Below are positions 1 to 14,762 of a stretch of DNA of 64,000 nt, in pieces. The stretch lies in assembly GCF_009914755.1 (NCBI RefSeq), contig NC_060925.1, one strand, 5' to 3'. The notes under the pieces are model-generated. The model was not told where the DNA came from, made no database searches, and worked only from the letters and a program-made list of their open reading frames with translations. Within the stretch, counting starts at the first letter, position 1. Every line of letters begins with the position of its first letter. The DNA comes from the human T2T-CHM13v2.0 reference genome, Homo sapiens. A program made the translations under genes and the position numbers.

Positions 1-191
<191 letters not shown>

Positions 192-3100
192 TTATATGTG
201 GCGTGGCCTATTACATGGTTTTTATTTTTGTTTCCTCCTATTTCTTAGTATTTCTTTCCACCAGTTCCTGTTGTAAAACGTGACCAGTTGGTACTGATGC
301 TGTACATCCTTGTATTAGTAAAAATCCTGCTGTGCCTGGAGGCAGGGACCTGCTTGGGCCAGGCCTTCCCAGGAAGCCCGTCCTACCCTCTGTAGCATAT
401 AGTGCCGGACCACCCCAGCGCTCCCACTTACCTCCTTCACTCTTTCATTGTTGATACATGGGCTAGGTTTCCTACAGAGTCACTTCAAGGATGTAGATCT
501 TATCCTCCCAATTGGATTGTGAGTTTGTTGTTATTGCCTTTTTTGGTATTCCTCAAGGATGTTCAGAATACCTCACATAGTGATGGACTCAGAGTACCTA
601 TTAAAGAGATTTTCATTAAAATCACACCATTCAGTAAGTTGACCAAGTACATCAAGAGAGTCAGAAAGACCCAAGATCTAGTTTGGCTTTGCCAGGCATA
701 GCTTCCTCATCCATAAAATGAAATACTAGTAAGATACTTCCTTATGTGAATCTTGGGAGGCTCGGAGTGTCCAGTACACATTCAGCACTCAGTCAGTGCA
801 GCTGTAGAGACATAGCGTGGACCTTGGTGGCCCAGCAGTCTCAATCCTGGTTTCTTCTGACCTAAGATTGGTGGGAAAGTACAGATAAAAGCTGGTTGAG
901 GAGGTGTTGATAGCACAGAGTGTTTTTACGGAGTGTCCTCGGAGGGTTACATGCTCCTTTTTGTTGAATCCGAATCTTTTTTTTTTTCTAATATGGAGCC
1001 TCATAATCATTCAAGGACTCAGTGTGATGCCACAGGTTTCAAACTTGCCAGTTCGTCTCTTATGTTCTGCCAATTTTTTAAAAGTGGGAATATGAGTGCA
1101 TGTGCACGTGTACACACACGTGTGTGTGTGTGTGTCTTTGTGTATGTAAAATGCTTGGGATAAAAAAAGATGGATCAAATTTTGTCTGGCATGGCATAGC
1201 AACTCTCACCTCTAGTATCCTCTAAACATTTAACCAAATGGACTTTAACTGGTTTACTTCAATTCTATTTTTATTTTCGTAGTCATTTAAATGTATGGGG
1301 AGCCAACTCTTTCAAATGAGACATTTTGTCATTAAAACATGTTATTTAGTTTAACCGCATGGGCCCGGCTTCAGCAACATTGAGGACTGTGAAGAGGGTT
1401 CTGAGCGGCTGTTCTCTCCTGACCTGACCGCAGCAGTGACCCACCAGCTTGCAATGCACGCAAACTGAAACAGGCAGGATGGCCAGCCCAGGGTTGTCTG
1501 CACGGTGGTCTTGGCATCTGTACCTTAGGTTGCCAGCTCCTGGCCCTCCTTGCCTGCATTTGGTGGCCCTTGGCCCTGCCGTGTCATATGGCACAAGAGC
1601 CCTTCTGGCCCGCATCACCCTGTGTACTGATTAGGCAGGAATCAGCAAATCCGTTGAGTGCATGTTTAATGTGACACAGATGTGGGACATACTACAGATC
1701 TTTCTGCTTTACAAATTTTCAGCTTTTTGCATTTCATCAGTGTTGCTTATTATTTACAGAATGTAACTTGAGACATCAGAACAGATTGTAATTTTTAAAA
1801 AGGTTGTTGGGGGGGTGGGCCCGCAGGGGATCTGGGAGAAAAAATCCAGTAGTGTGGAATGTTGTTTGCTGTCCAGACCAAACAAACCAGTTTGCCAAGG
1901 GTTGATGGACTATGACAATCAGTCCAATTCATGTTAACACTGGGGGCACTTAATTAAAAGGCAGCTTGACCTCCTTATCACCAAATAAAGAATAATCTTT
2001 TGTTACCAGGTTGACCGTCGCAGCACCAGGCAGAAATGTACCCCTTGTAGAGGCACTGAAGGGTACCACCAAGCTGCCAGCTCGTGTCCTGCCTCCTTCC
2101 TGTCCACAGAGAAAGGCACCATTGAACCCAGTCCCCACTCAGACATGTGGATATTCTTGCCTCATGCCTGCTGTGGCTTTACACCCAGGCGCTATGGCAA
2201 GAGGCGGAAAAAAGAAATCTCTTCCTTTGCCCAAAAATCCAAGATACTCTTGAGGGCATTGGAATGATGAGCCAGGCCAGTTTGACACAAGTTCAAGGAG
2301 AAGGTACCATCTCTTGCTTCTAGAGGGGCACATCTGGCTAGAGGTGGCCCTGGCTTCTGAGAAAGCTCAGCCATAGGTTACATTTAAGGGCAAACAATGA
2401 AAAGCACCAGCTGGTCGGGAGGAAGATGAGGAGGAGTGGGTGATTGGTTGCTTCTTTCCTGTGTCTAGTTCTAAAGAACTTAAAACTTGGGTCCAAAATA
2501 ATGAGAGCCGTGTTGTAAAAATCATTTGAAGAGAGTTCTCCTGGGGAATGTGAGCTAGTGCCGTGACCTGATCCCTTGGTCAGATGGTTCTGAGCTGTTT
2601 AAGTGCTGAGTGTCAACTGTCTACAGGGAGCCAGGCCCCTGAGGAGCGGCCAGGGTTCCAAGCCCCACTGTTCTTTTCCTTCCTGGAAAAGTGCAGACGG
2701 TGCACGTTCCCCGGAGGCCACCAGGCAGCTCTCCAGTTGCCCTCTGGGTGAACGTGACCCAGGTCGGTAACTTTCTAGTGTCCCCCCCACGTTGGAATGA
2801 TCAGCATTCCTGTACTCCAGGGGTTCTTGAGTTCTTGAGTTGTTACCAACGCCCTGCCTTTCTCTGGCTCAGATTCAGAGGAGGAGTTCCACTGCGGACT
2901 GCCGCTTCTTCACCCTCTGGGCTTCGGAAGCAGCACCTCTGGCTCCCCTGCACCCAGTCCTCAGTCTTGTGGCCCTGGTCTGCCCCTTTATCACATGTCT
3001 TGAGCACCCTCTCAGCACACAGCACCGTTCTGAGCGCTGAGGTGCGACCATGCATAGAAGAGACAAGAATCCCTGGTTCCGCATGGCTTCCCTCAACACC

Positions 3101-3471
3101 TACGTTTCCAGGCCATGGCTTGGGTTCAGAAGAATCACCCTCCCTGGAAGAGATGAGTGACTGGAAGGAGAGCATGTCACTGGCTCCCCTGAGACCCTCC
3201 CAAGAGCCTCAGTTTCTCCCTCTACCACCTGAAGTCTAACTGCAGGGCCTGAAACAGATTCTCTTTAAAAACCCATGAGTGTGGTGACTGCATAGGTTTT
3301 CATTCTCCTGAGTTCTTAATTTCCGTGTCCCTAGCACTTTTTGAAGCATCTGCTCCTGTTGCCCCTTTCTTTTCCTCCTCACCCTCCTCCATAGTCTCTG
3401 TTTGATAGTAGAAGGAGATTTAAAACCTCCAGGCTGAGTGAACAGGCGGTCTTGAAAAAGCAAACAAATCG

Positions 3472-3834
<363 letters not shown>

Positions 3835-4399
3835 TCACTGAAAGAGGCCCTGGGGGAGGGGGCTTCAGGGCTTCCCAGGGGAGAGGTGACAGTTAGGACA
3901 CACGCCTCCCCCACTTCAGTCAAGGCAGCTTCATTGTCAGCGGTTGTACGTACTAAGATTGTGTTACAAACTTCATTTGCAGAAAGTGTTTTACCCCTGA
4001 AATTTTTTTTTGAAAGCGCCTGCTGTGAGTTTTATTAATGGCACTTTTCTAAAACTTCATTAATTTCAATTATGAGAATTTGATATCTGGTGTAATTCAT
4101 TGAGCTGCTAGTTTGATTTGCTCTAGCTCGTTTTAAAAAGCTCTGTCAGGCAACAGGATATGGATGGGAGTGGGTCAGGTGAGTGAAAACGTTTTAAGCA
4201 CTCCTTTCTTCAGAAAACACCTCTGTACCCACATGGGGTGTGCTCCTCAGGAGTCATTCAGACAGGTCCAGGAGAACTTGTCCCCCAGGGTGCTCCGTCC
4301 AGATACAATTTTAAATACTGCACTTTCGCATTTTGGTATTTTCAATGGACTTGACACCCAATAATTCTGAATAAAGGTAGGAAAGAGGGAGATGATTAA

Positions 4400-4590
4400 C
4401 TTTTACAAGTACCTACTATGTGCCAGGCACTATGCTACACATTCTTCATATTTTATCTCAACATTATCAACCAAGTAGGTATTAAGTTCTCACCTATTGA
4501 TGAGGAATCTGAGGCTAAGAACAATCTAGTAACTTCTTCAGTGTCACCCAGCTAATAAGTGACTGGGATTTCAGCCTGTGTTTGTCTTTT
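4400..4590 (-). mobile_element. MIR/L2-type fragment
   Basis: ctactatgtgccaggcac ... gatgaggaatctgaggct motifs. Confidence 0.65.
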
Positions 4591-4742
4591 TCCAGTCTAT
4601 GTTTGTTCCTTTATACTACTTTGTTCTTAAATTTCATCTCTTCTCTTAAAAGAGGTCAACTTTGGGAGAAGGTAGATAATATATAAACATTGAAAGAAAA
4701 AGATTATATAATCATTTGCCAGAAATAAATCTGAAAATATTG

Positions 4743-4835
4743 GGCTGGACACGGTGGCCCACACCTGCAATCCCAGCACTTTCAGAGGCTAAGGCAGGAA
4801 AATCATTTGAACCAAAAAAAAAAAAAAAAAAAAAA
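4743..4835 (+). mobile_element. Internally deleted Alu fragment with poly(A)
   Basis: Alu 5' end running directly into a long A tract. Confidence 0.8.
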
Positions 4836-5869
4836 GTAGTGAAAATGTATGGTTTATTAATGTAATCAGCTTGTTATTATTAGCATGCGTACTTAATAGC
4901 CACAAAATAAAGCTTACCAGAGATGGTGTATTTCGGTCCTTGTGAAATATCTTGGGATTGGCATTAGAGGTGACAGGTTAGCAAGGAATTTGATAATGGC
5001 TTGAGAGATTCCAATAAGCACTACACTCTCTGACTCAGAATGTTCTACTTAGAACACAAAGAAAGCTTACAATTGTAAAGCGCCTTGTTCTTCCATGATG
5101 TTGAAAGTTGCAAACCACTTTATAGGTTGTCTACTATTTTGTAAAAGCAAAGCAAACCCAGAATGCATGCAAAAATTATGGCCTTTAAAGAAATCCAAGC
5201 CTTTTAGGCTCCATTCTTACTATAACATGATCTATTTTCTTGGAATTCTTTATAAAGTAACTCTGCCCCTCCCCACCCAGCCATTAACAGGTAGTCTCGC
5301 CCCTGAGGCAGTTGACTAAGAAAAAAAATCTGGAGTATTTTTGTCTTAGAGTTTAAATCCCAATAGGTGTATCTGTTGGCATTAGTCCTACCAGCTGTCA
5401 CAGTTGCAGTGTCATGGGGTCCCCAAAACATGTGTTAAATTATGGGAAGCCTTGACCCCTATAAACAAGTCAGGTGTGAATCCCACTGATGGGAGAAAAC
5501 CCAGCCCAGGAAATGTCATCCCTGCTGCTGGATGTCAAATTGCTAAAAACTTAACAATATCAATATAATTTCTAATGATTTCTTGAATCAACATCTTTCT
5601 TACATTTTCAATGGCAATAGTACAACATGGGATTTTATGTGTGTTATGCATGTATGACTTGAGAACTCTAGGGAGAGGTAAGTAGAATGTTAACAAGAAA
5701 GCAAAGGGGAAAGGAAAATACTTCAGTTTGAAGCAGTGAGCCTCCCCAGTAGGAAAACTAAGTACAAGAGGTTGGATGTTACACCCTAGCCCATCTTAGA
5801 TCCCAGACACCTCAACTAGGGTTCCTCGTGTGCACCCATGGCACTCTAAATAATACACTAATAAAAAGA

Positions 5870-6110
5870 ATAGGTAGCATTTTATCGAGTGCCTATTATG
5901 TGCTAGACTCTGTTCTAAGCACTGTACATGTATTGACTTATCTACTCCTCACAACAACCCATCATTACCCCCACTTTATAGATGAGAAAACCATCGCTCC
6001 AAGAAGTCACATAATTTGCCTGTGGTTACAGTTCGTAAGTGGTGGAGCTGGGATTCAAACCCACTGGGCAGGCTGGCTCCAGAGCCGATCCTCTCAGCCA
6101 TTATATTATG
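5870..6110 (-). mobile_element. MIR
   Basis: ctcacaacaaccc...atagatgagaaaac...gagctgggattcaaaccc, antisense MIR. Confidence 0.8.
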
Positions 6111-6673
6111 CTGCCTACTCTAGTGCTCCCTGTCTCTCCTACTGCTTCCCTGCTGTGTTCTTGTTGCCATTTCTGTTCATCTCCTCCACTGAATTGCTGT
6201 AAGCTCCCTGGATACTTAATTCATCCCAGTCTTCTTCAGGACCTAGTGCTGGCCTCTGCATATGATAGTTTGGGAAAGGTTGGTTGAATAGGGGACTGGA
6301 GGAGGCAGGCACAAACCATTTGCAGGGCTCTAAGTAGGCTCGTTTTTCTGGCTACCCTAGTTTGGATCCTTAGTCAGTAATTCCATTTAAGAACCAATCT
6401 CTACTAGCATAGGGTTTCTTTCTGCCCAACCTATTTTCCATGTGTCCAAAATCCAAATTGTCCCAACCTACGGATTGAATACTATCTTTGAGTGGGTTCT
6501 AGAAGGTGTATTTCTCTTTCTCTTGAAACCTTGGGGAAGAATTTCTCATGTAAACAGAGGCAAACTTTAGAAATTTTCATCCTCTAATAGAGTCTTCTCT
6601 GATTACAGTTTGCACTGAAAGGAGTAAAATCTGTTTATGGAGAAGAAATGCTTTTCCACTTCGTCTTTAGAAG

Positions 6674-7026
6674 TAGATGCATGTGGCCAAGAGGAGGGAG
6701 CTACACGTCAGAGGTAGTTGCAGCCTATGGCATGATGGGAGCTACAGGTCCGAGATAGATGCAGCCCACAGCATGGTGGGAGCTACAGATCTGAGATAGA
6801 TGCAGCCCATGGCATGGTGGGAGCTACAGGTCTGAGATAGATGCAGCCCACGGCCTGGTGGGAGCTACAGGTCCAAGATAGATGAAGCCCACGGCATGGT
6901 GGGAGCTACAGGTCCGAGATAGATGCAGCCCACGGCATGGTGGGAGCTACAGGTCCAAGACAGATGCAGCCCATGGCATGGTGGGAGCTACAGGTCCAAG
7001 ACAGATGCAGCCCACGGCATGGTGGG
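6674..7026. repeat. 41-bp minisatellite, ~8.6 copies
   Basis: Unit AGATGCAGCCCACGGCATGGTGGGAGCTACAGGTCCGAGAT; GAGCTACA anchors at 6698, 6739, 6780, 6821, 6862, 6903, 6944, 6985. Confidence 0.95.
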
Positions 7027-8523
7027 CTTCTTGGGCTTGCAGACATTGTACTGCTGTGGATACCAGAGGGTTTTTCACCAATTCGTCTACTCTACTGCAG
7101 ACAGTACTATTTAGACAGACTGCGGGGTTTCTCTTAGAGAAATGACAAATGTTTGATTAGGCCATTTGGTCAAGAACCCTGGTATCTTGTAGCTGTTATC
7201 AGTGACCAGTATTGGAAGAGGTAGTCTGGATTGACCTTCGTTCTCAGTCTAATTGTGCACACTCGAGCACAGTATATATCAGTAAGATACTTGATTAAAA
7301 CAAAAGCCCTGGACACATACATAAAGTGAATGCAAGCACAACCCATCACACAACCCTTAAGGAAGATGGCAGCCATCAGTTGAATAAACATTCTATGATG
7401 CTAACGTCACATGTGTGACATACACTTTCTACTCACTTACTGATTGTTTTTGAACATCACTTGGCTGATAGACATTGGCCATGACAGACTTCTCAACCAA
7501 ATTAAGCTGTGTAGGGGTATGTGTATGTGTGCACAGCATCTGTCTTAACTAACAGACCTATGACATAGTTACTCATCGTATAAGCTACGAATAATTAATG
7601 CCTGGCTAAATGTTGACTTTCAGGCTGAAAGGCAAGATCAACCAAGTGGAATTGGCTGGATCTCCCTGTGTCACCTTGTTTGGATTTACTGTTGATTTTT
7701 TTTTTAAAAGACATGAGTTGTTACTACTCTGATCATTGGTTTTGGGCCTCCGGTGTATATCAGATAGCAATGGCCAGATGCAGGCACACTCTGTATTGAT
7801 TGCCCTCACTGGAAGGATATCTGCAGTGTATCAGCCACTGTATCCACAGCCCCTTCCCTGGGGGAAGAGTCCTCCATGCTGTACAGCAGACTCCCTGACA
7901 TTTTCATAGAGTTCAAAGCTCAAGTTGGTTTGGTGCTGACATTCTGGATTAGCTGGTTGACTGGAAGGACTGCTTCTTTCTATACACTGTGAAATTTGTA
8001 AACCGCAGCAGCTGAGGGCTTAACATGGCCGACAAGCTCCAGCTGGCAGCAATTAAATATACCGCAGACCTTTGGCCAAACAAAGGTTTGTGGAGGCAGA
8101 GTTGCTGCATGTGCGCTGAACAGACTCCTAGGTTGAGTGTTGGTTCATAAGAGATGCTGTCGACTAAGGAGAGGTGAGTGGGTGGATTTTGGCCACCTCT
8201 TGTTCGGTGATCCATTGTCCCCAGAATTATTGTATCAAGACCCTGCCCAAGTAGCAGCAAAGGTGGTCAGAGGAAAGGAACAAAGCCACCAGGGAGGCCG
8301 CAGGCCTAACAGTGGTGGGCCTGAGTCGTTTAGACGTTGATCTGCTGCTGTAGCACCAATGGCAGGATCTGCAGCTACTCCACTTTTTTAAATTTATTAA
8401 TTTATGTATTTATTGGGTACCACTATGCTGTAGGCTATAGGCTGAAAGGAGAAGATGGGAATGAAAAAACAATAAGAAGACATTTAATATCCATTCAAGC
8501 AGCAAAGATTCAAGAGTCTAGAC

Positions 8524-8637
8524 CAGTGCTATCCAAAATACAATTTAAATTTAAAATTCAGTCCTTTAGTTACACTGGCCACATTTCACATGCTCAGTAG
8601 CCACACGTGGTCAGTAGCTATGTATTGGACAGTGCTG
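8524..8637. mobile_element. MER3/MER33-like hAT MITE, internally deleted
   Basis: TIRs cagtgctatccaa / ttggacagtgctg; 8-bp TSD gtctagac / tcctagac. Confidence 0.75.
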
Positions 8638-8689
8638 TCCTAGACAATACCAAGTGTTGGATATAGATCGCTAGGGCCCCTTAAATGCC

Positions 8690-9230
8690 TCATTGGCAGG
8701 AATGTAAAAATGGTTCAGCCACTTCGAACGCAGTTTGGATTATCTTGTTAAGTGAACGTTTATATCTTGTGAGCCAGCAAATTCCCCCTAGATAGATTCT
8801 CAAAGTTCACCAGGAAACACGTACAGGAATGTTCATAATAGCATCATTTGTAATAGCAGAACCTGGAAGAAACCCATGTGCCATCAACAGGAAGATGGAT
8901 ATATCATGGGATAGTCATACAATGGAATATGAACAAAGCAGAGACATGGTGAATTAATCATGGCTACACACAAAAGAATACCTGAATCTTAGCAATGTGA
9001 CAGCGACATCCTTTTTCAAAAGCCCAAAACTAAACCCAAAGAACATAACAAGAATGTACTGGAGCATCCTTTGAAATGTGGTAAGGCTACATAAAAAAGA
9101 AAAGCACAGGAATGAGAAACACAAGATTCAGAACAGCGGCTGCCTTAGTTAAAGGAGGAACAGGGATTTGGGGTGGCAGAAGACCAACTTGTGGTCCACG
9201 ATTGAGTGATGGAGTTTTTTTTTTTTTGCT
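8690..9230 (+). mobile_element. Old L1M 3' fragment
   Basis: aggaatgttcataatagcatcatttgtaatagc, catcaacagga, atacaatggaatat motifs. Confidence 0.65.
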
Positions 9231-9349
9231 TTCACAGATGTTTATTTCAAATAAATAAAGAGAGCCCAATGATGAGAGTGGGCCTTGAACTGAGGATAAT
9301 AAGCCCAGTCCTAAAGACCAGTTATTAAAAAAAAAAAAAAAAAAGGACT

Positions 9350-9678
<329 letters not shown>

Positions 9679-11281
9679 TTACTGGAACATACAGGAAAGT
9701 CACTTAAAAATGGACACACTGTCACTGAGCATGAACAAATGTAGGACTGCTGTTACATGGTCATACTCGTTTAAAAGGCCTACTTGAACGTACAGTGTCA
9801 CATCAACAGATGAAGAAAACAGCGTCGTCACACAGTGGCCTGGGCTGAAGAACTTCACTTTAAACTTTTTGCTGGCTTACGAGGTTTGAAAACACTAGCT
9901 TACTGTTAGCTTTTTACATTATTTTAGTAATTCTTTAAGATTGGAACTAAATTTGTTCATATGCAGTGACTTCAAATACTCTCCCCCTACCCACAGCCTA
10001 CCAACTTGGACCTGAGAAGGTAAATTTTTAGTTGAGTTTTAGAGAAGAAAGAAGAGTTTTTCAGGCACTGACATTGATGAGGTGATACAGGAGTGGGGGG
10101 AAAATTCCTTTAATCCAGCTTTCTGCTTCTAGGAAGAGTATGCCTTCTGGAAGTCCTTGTATTCATAAGACTGTAACAGAAGATGTTTCCTTTTAGGGTA
10201 AAATTGAACTCATCTGTCTTTTCTTCCATGTTGATGTGAAAAATTAGCCTTGAATGCCACAGTGAGCTCCCCTAGTCAGCAGTGTTGAGCACTGAATCCA
10301 ACCTTGCCCTTGATATTATTTGATCAAAAGTCAAGAACCCTGGAAATGGGAAGATAGTTTGTGGCCTGTTGTGAAGACAGTCAAGAAAAGAAACATAATG
10401 ATAGTCAGTGTGTATCCTCAGGGGAGCCACTCTGCTTTTGTATTCTCTGATGTTTTGGTGGGTTTGCAGTTTACAGGTTAAAAAATAATGTATTGGGAGT
10501 GGGGGTGAGGTTGGATCACTGAAACCTGGGTAAGGCTCTGAGGGAGTCCACTGAGTCAGGAAATAACTGTTTACACTAGAAAGCTGTTTGATCGTGTGAG
10601 AAGATCAACAAGGTGAGCCCTTTACTCCCATTCTCAACTATTCTGGAGCTGTCATGAGATTAAATTTTTAAGAGCTCGGGTCCAGAAACAAGCCATCTTT
10701 CGTTGGCTTCTCTGGCTTCCTCGGATCCACCAGAGGCATTTAGGACTTCAGCAAGTTTTCTCCTGCCTGGTAGCATGTTTTCCCTCAGCTTTGAGTACTA
10801 ATGAAAATCCTGCTTCATGTAAGGGAAAGGCCTGTCATCAGTGTCCGCTTCAGGACACTGCCGTCATGTCCCTTTCTGTGTTTTGATCAGTGGGGCAGAC
10901 AGAGACAGCCTTGTCCTTTCTGTCAGGAAGATGGGGTTCTAGCTGCTTCATATTTTGCCTCAATGTTGATTTTGCTTTCAGGGCTCAAAATCCTTAGTCT
11001 TCAAACTCTCCACCAAAGCTTGCATACTGGCCTTCCTGTTTAGCTCAATTAATGGCCCTTATACCGTCTGCCAGCCACCAGGCACTCACTCGTTTATTCG
11101 GCTTATCCTGACTGCTGCTCTACCATAAACCAGACACTGTTCTCCATCCCAGGAATGCAGTGAATGAAACAAATTCCCCCTCTCCTGGAGCTTCCAGTCC
11201 ACATGGGAGCCAAGCAGTAAATAACATGTTTATCCACCTGGGATGGAAAGCAAATGTGCTTTGAGCAGATGACTGACTTGA

Positions 11282-11600
<319 letters not shown>

Positions 11601-12999
11601 GATGTAACATCTTTTGAAAGGGCCATTCTCATTGCCATGAGGAGAGTGGACAAGGATGGAAGGAAAGAGAACAAATTATGAGACTACTGTAATAATATAT
11701 TACAAATCCAGGGATCCTTTGTTAGTTATGATCGAGATGGAGAAATAGTCAGATTTGGGATATATATTGAATTTGAGCCTGCAGGCCTCCCAGTTGATTG
11801 GGGAAGATATGTTGAGACGAGTCTGAATCAAACCTTACGTTGAAAGTGATGAGGAAGCAGACCCTGCCATATTCCTCTTGGAGAGCCTTTGGGCTTCTAC
11901 CATGTAGCCTGACAGAGAGGTCAGCAGGACTGCCCTGGGGAAAGGATACTTTATTAGCCTGTGTAGGCAGTTATTGGAATGACAGCAAGTGCTTTGCTAG
12001 GCAAGGAGATAAGAACAGAGCTCTGCTACGTGGAGAGGCACGCCAAGCTCCTTCCCCCAACCCCGCTGCCTGCAGAGGTTACCAGCATCCTCTCGGCAGC
12101 AGTCGTCCAGCTTCTCTCCTGATGGGTTAGCAGCGGCCCCTCTACCGCCCTCCCCACTTTCGATCGATATTTGGGCTCTGAGTAGCCAACTGTAAGCCTG
12201 CGTCTTGAAGGAAAAATTGAGACTGGCGGGGTATGTGAGTGTGTGATATAAACACAATGGGTTTTTTACTCTTTCCCTTAGTGCAGATCATTGAAACTTC
12301 TATAAAGTCTCTGTAATACCCTTAGAGAGTACAATTAATAGTACTGAAGACGTCCTTATAACTGAACTTTTGTAAAATTATTGCTGGATTTTTGTCTTTC
12401 CAGCACACATTAAACCTCACCAAGGTATGGGGCTGTCCTTCAGATGTCACAGCCTGATGAACTGAGTGCTGACCTGGCTTTGGGAGCACTTTTCAGTTAT
12501 CCCAGCTGTGCATGGCCCATTGCATGGCCTGTGACAATTTTCTGGGGTTGTTTCTGTCCATATTTCCAACCTGACTTGCCCACCAGGGCACTTTCTGCCC
12601 TTGTAAGTAAATCTCTATGCTGCTTACTGTTAGTTCCTGTTTCTGAAGTGCTGATTCGATGTGTAAGGCTTCTCCTCTCTTTTAGATCTGTCTAGAGAGG
12701 AGTGTTTTGCTTCAGTGAGCTCCAGGAACAAATAATAAGTACAGCAAGTACAAGGCCGAGGACAGACCCAGTGCACTCTTATCAGTCATCTGAAATATGC
12801 ACAGCCTTTCCAAGACAAATGTGCACTCCTGTTTCTAGGAAAACACCAGAAAGTACTTACCAATTACCCTGTATATGCTGTGTGGAAAAAGACAACATCA
12901 GCCTACCCTGAAAGCCATAACAAAGCAGATTCCTCCGGGCCGCCGACAGCTGAGTGGCCCGAGTTAGAGCCTCTGCAGAATCCCAGCCTGTGGCCTGGG

Positions 13000-13046
13000 C
13001 CAGGTCCAGGTCCAGGTCCAGGTCCAGGTCCAGGTCCAGGTCCAGG
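13000..13046. repeat. (CCAGGT)7 hexanucleotide repeat
   Basis: Seven perfect units plus CCAGG. Confidence 0.97.
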
Positions 13047-13279
13047 GGGCATTCTTCCCCTCGCATGATTACCACGTCCCTCACCCTTTGCCCAAGGAAC
13101 TGACCTCATCTTAGAAGAAGTCTCAAGGGTTGGTGTGTTCTTACTAAGTGCCCAGGATTTTCTTCCAGACCCATCACAAATCCAAAGATGGCTCTCCTGA
13201 AGAGAGGCCTAAAAAAGAGGGTGCGGCCCAGGGGGATCTATTATAGTAATAACCGCAGGAACGAGAGCCGCCGCTGGTG

Positions 13280-13475
13280 GGCAGCTCACCATCCGCCAGG
13301 AGCAGGCTTGGCGGGCACTGTTTTATTTGGTCTTCACAGCAGTCCTCTAAGGTAGGTGTCATCGTCCTGTTTCAGAGAGAAAACGGAAACTGAGGGTTAA
13401 GGAAGGTAACCAACTTATCCATGATCACATGGCCAGAAAATGGTAGAGGCAGGATTCAAAGTCAAATGAGGGTCT
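13280..13475 (-). mobile_element. MIR
   Basis: ggaaactgagggttaagga...gaggcaggattcaaa. Confidence 0.65.
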
Positions 13476-13642
13476 TTAACCGCTATTTCATGGTGTATTC
13501 ACAGGCAGTACTGTAGGTTAATTCTGTTCACTAAATGTAAAGTATGTCTCGTATTACAGAGTGCTTTTGTCTTAGTGAGAAAGGAAAATCATTTTAACCT
13601 GCACACTTAACCTCTTGGCTTTATGTCCATTTACCCATCTAG

Positions 13643-13774
13643 GACTCAAGCACAGAGGGTTCGGAAACCGCGTTGCTGCACGGGGCCCCAGGGGCTGCTT
13701 CCCCGATATTCTGAGAGCCAGGCGGAAGGACAGGAGCAGCTCTTCAAACTCACAGACAACATACAGGACGAATT
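13643..13774 (+). CDS. VPS13D: VPS13D third-to-last coding exon (132 nt, phase 2/2)
   Basis: Acceptor ttacccatctag, donor GAATT|gtaagt; reads (R)TQAQRVRKPRCCTGPQGLLPRYSESQAEGQEQLFKLTDNIQDE(F) and splices in frame to the next exon; matches the VPS13D C-terminal region as recalled. Not in the ORF track. Confidence 0.95.
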
Positions 13775-14762
13775 GTAAGTTAGAGCATGGGAAACCAGCC
13801 CTGTGGGTCTACTGAGTTGCCTCTTCTTTTGATCCTGAGAAGTCTCCATCTGATCTGAGTTATTTTCATGACTCTTGGACCTTAGATCTGGTCAAAGAAT
13901 TCCTTGCCCCAAATGTTTTTTAGATTTAGATATAACTGATGCTAAACAGCCTTTTACTCAAAGCAGTGGTTCTCAACTGTGTGCCATAGCCTGGCCTTAG
14001 TGTTTTGTTTCTAGAAAATGACAGTCTCTTTCTAGTTAGTTCAAAGAGAGAAGATCATGAATAAAATGTTCTCAATTTTAAGGTTTTTCTCCTGTAAAAA
14101 TTTCTTAAAGTTTGATATCCCATTTTTGCCGCAGAATGCTAGCAAAACAAAACAGAAAAACAAATAGCAAACAACTAATAGTTGGACATTTTGGAAATGT
14201 ATTTTTCGTAAGATTGCTTCGTTACTCTTTAAATATGGAGCCTTATATACCTTGTCATATCTTCAGTTAGTGATATTATTCCTAGTTGACACGGTAGAGT
14301 TAAGTATTTCACTATTTTAGGATATTTTGCAGAGATCCTTGTAGCATGAAAGTGCTCTATAACCTGAATAGGTGTTAGAACCACCAGCCCACAGAAAGCA
14401 GTTAGTTGTGTCTGGGAGTAGCAAAATACTAGATTAATTTCTTCTGATGCTTATTTGCCATCTCCTTTAAGGTAAAGCGAGCGTGGGGGATTCTGAGTGC
14501 TGTGGGTGTTTTTCGGTGGGTGGAGGAATGTCTGAAATAGACGTCAACTGTCAGGATAGTCTTCAGAGTCATTGTTAGGGACAGTGTTAAGTAGATCTCA
14601 TCTCATAGTTTCATGGTAGTATTTGAATGGGGATATCAAAAGCCAACTCCAGAAGGTATTTGTTGCTTGCCGGATAGAATGGCATCTTCCTACATGTGCC
14701 TTGTGTGACCCCTGTGGTGTTATTAGAAGGTCTCTTGAAGATGGAGTTGTACTTTCTTGTTT

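Noticed and set aside
6674-7026. CRISPR-like regular repeat and overlapping ORFs 6882-7145
   Set aside because: Head-to-tail units with no unique spacers in mammalian DNA; the ORFs are a by-product of the VNTR.
12459-12476. TGAACT-n6-TGACCT as a retinoic acid response element
   Set aside because: Spacer is 6 nt, not DR1/2/5; a by-eye scan found no convincing non-Alu DR5 in the window, though it was not exhaustive.
12857-13109. Poly-GP / poly-DL ORFs
   Set aside because: Produced by the (CCAGGT)n repeat; no exon structure linking them to VPS13D.
14455-14478. AG|GT recursive-splice-like site (ctcctttaag|gtaaag); similar at ~16590 and ~33522
   Set aside because: Intron is only ~9 kb and the donors are weak; the strongest example lies outside the gene in L1 sequence.
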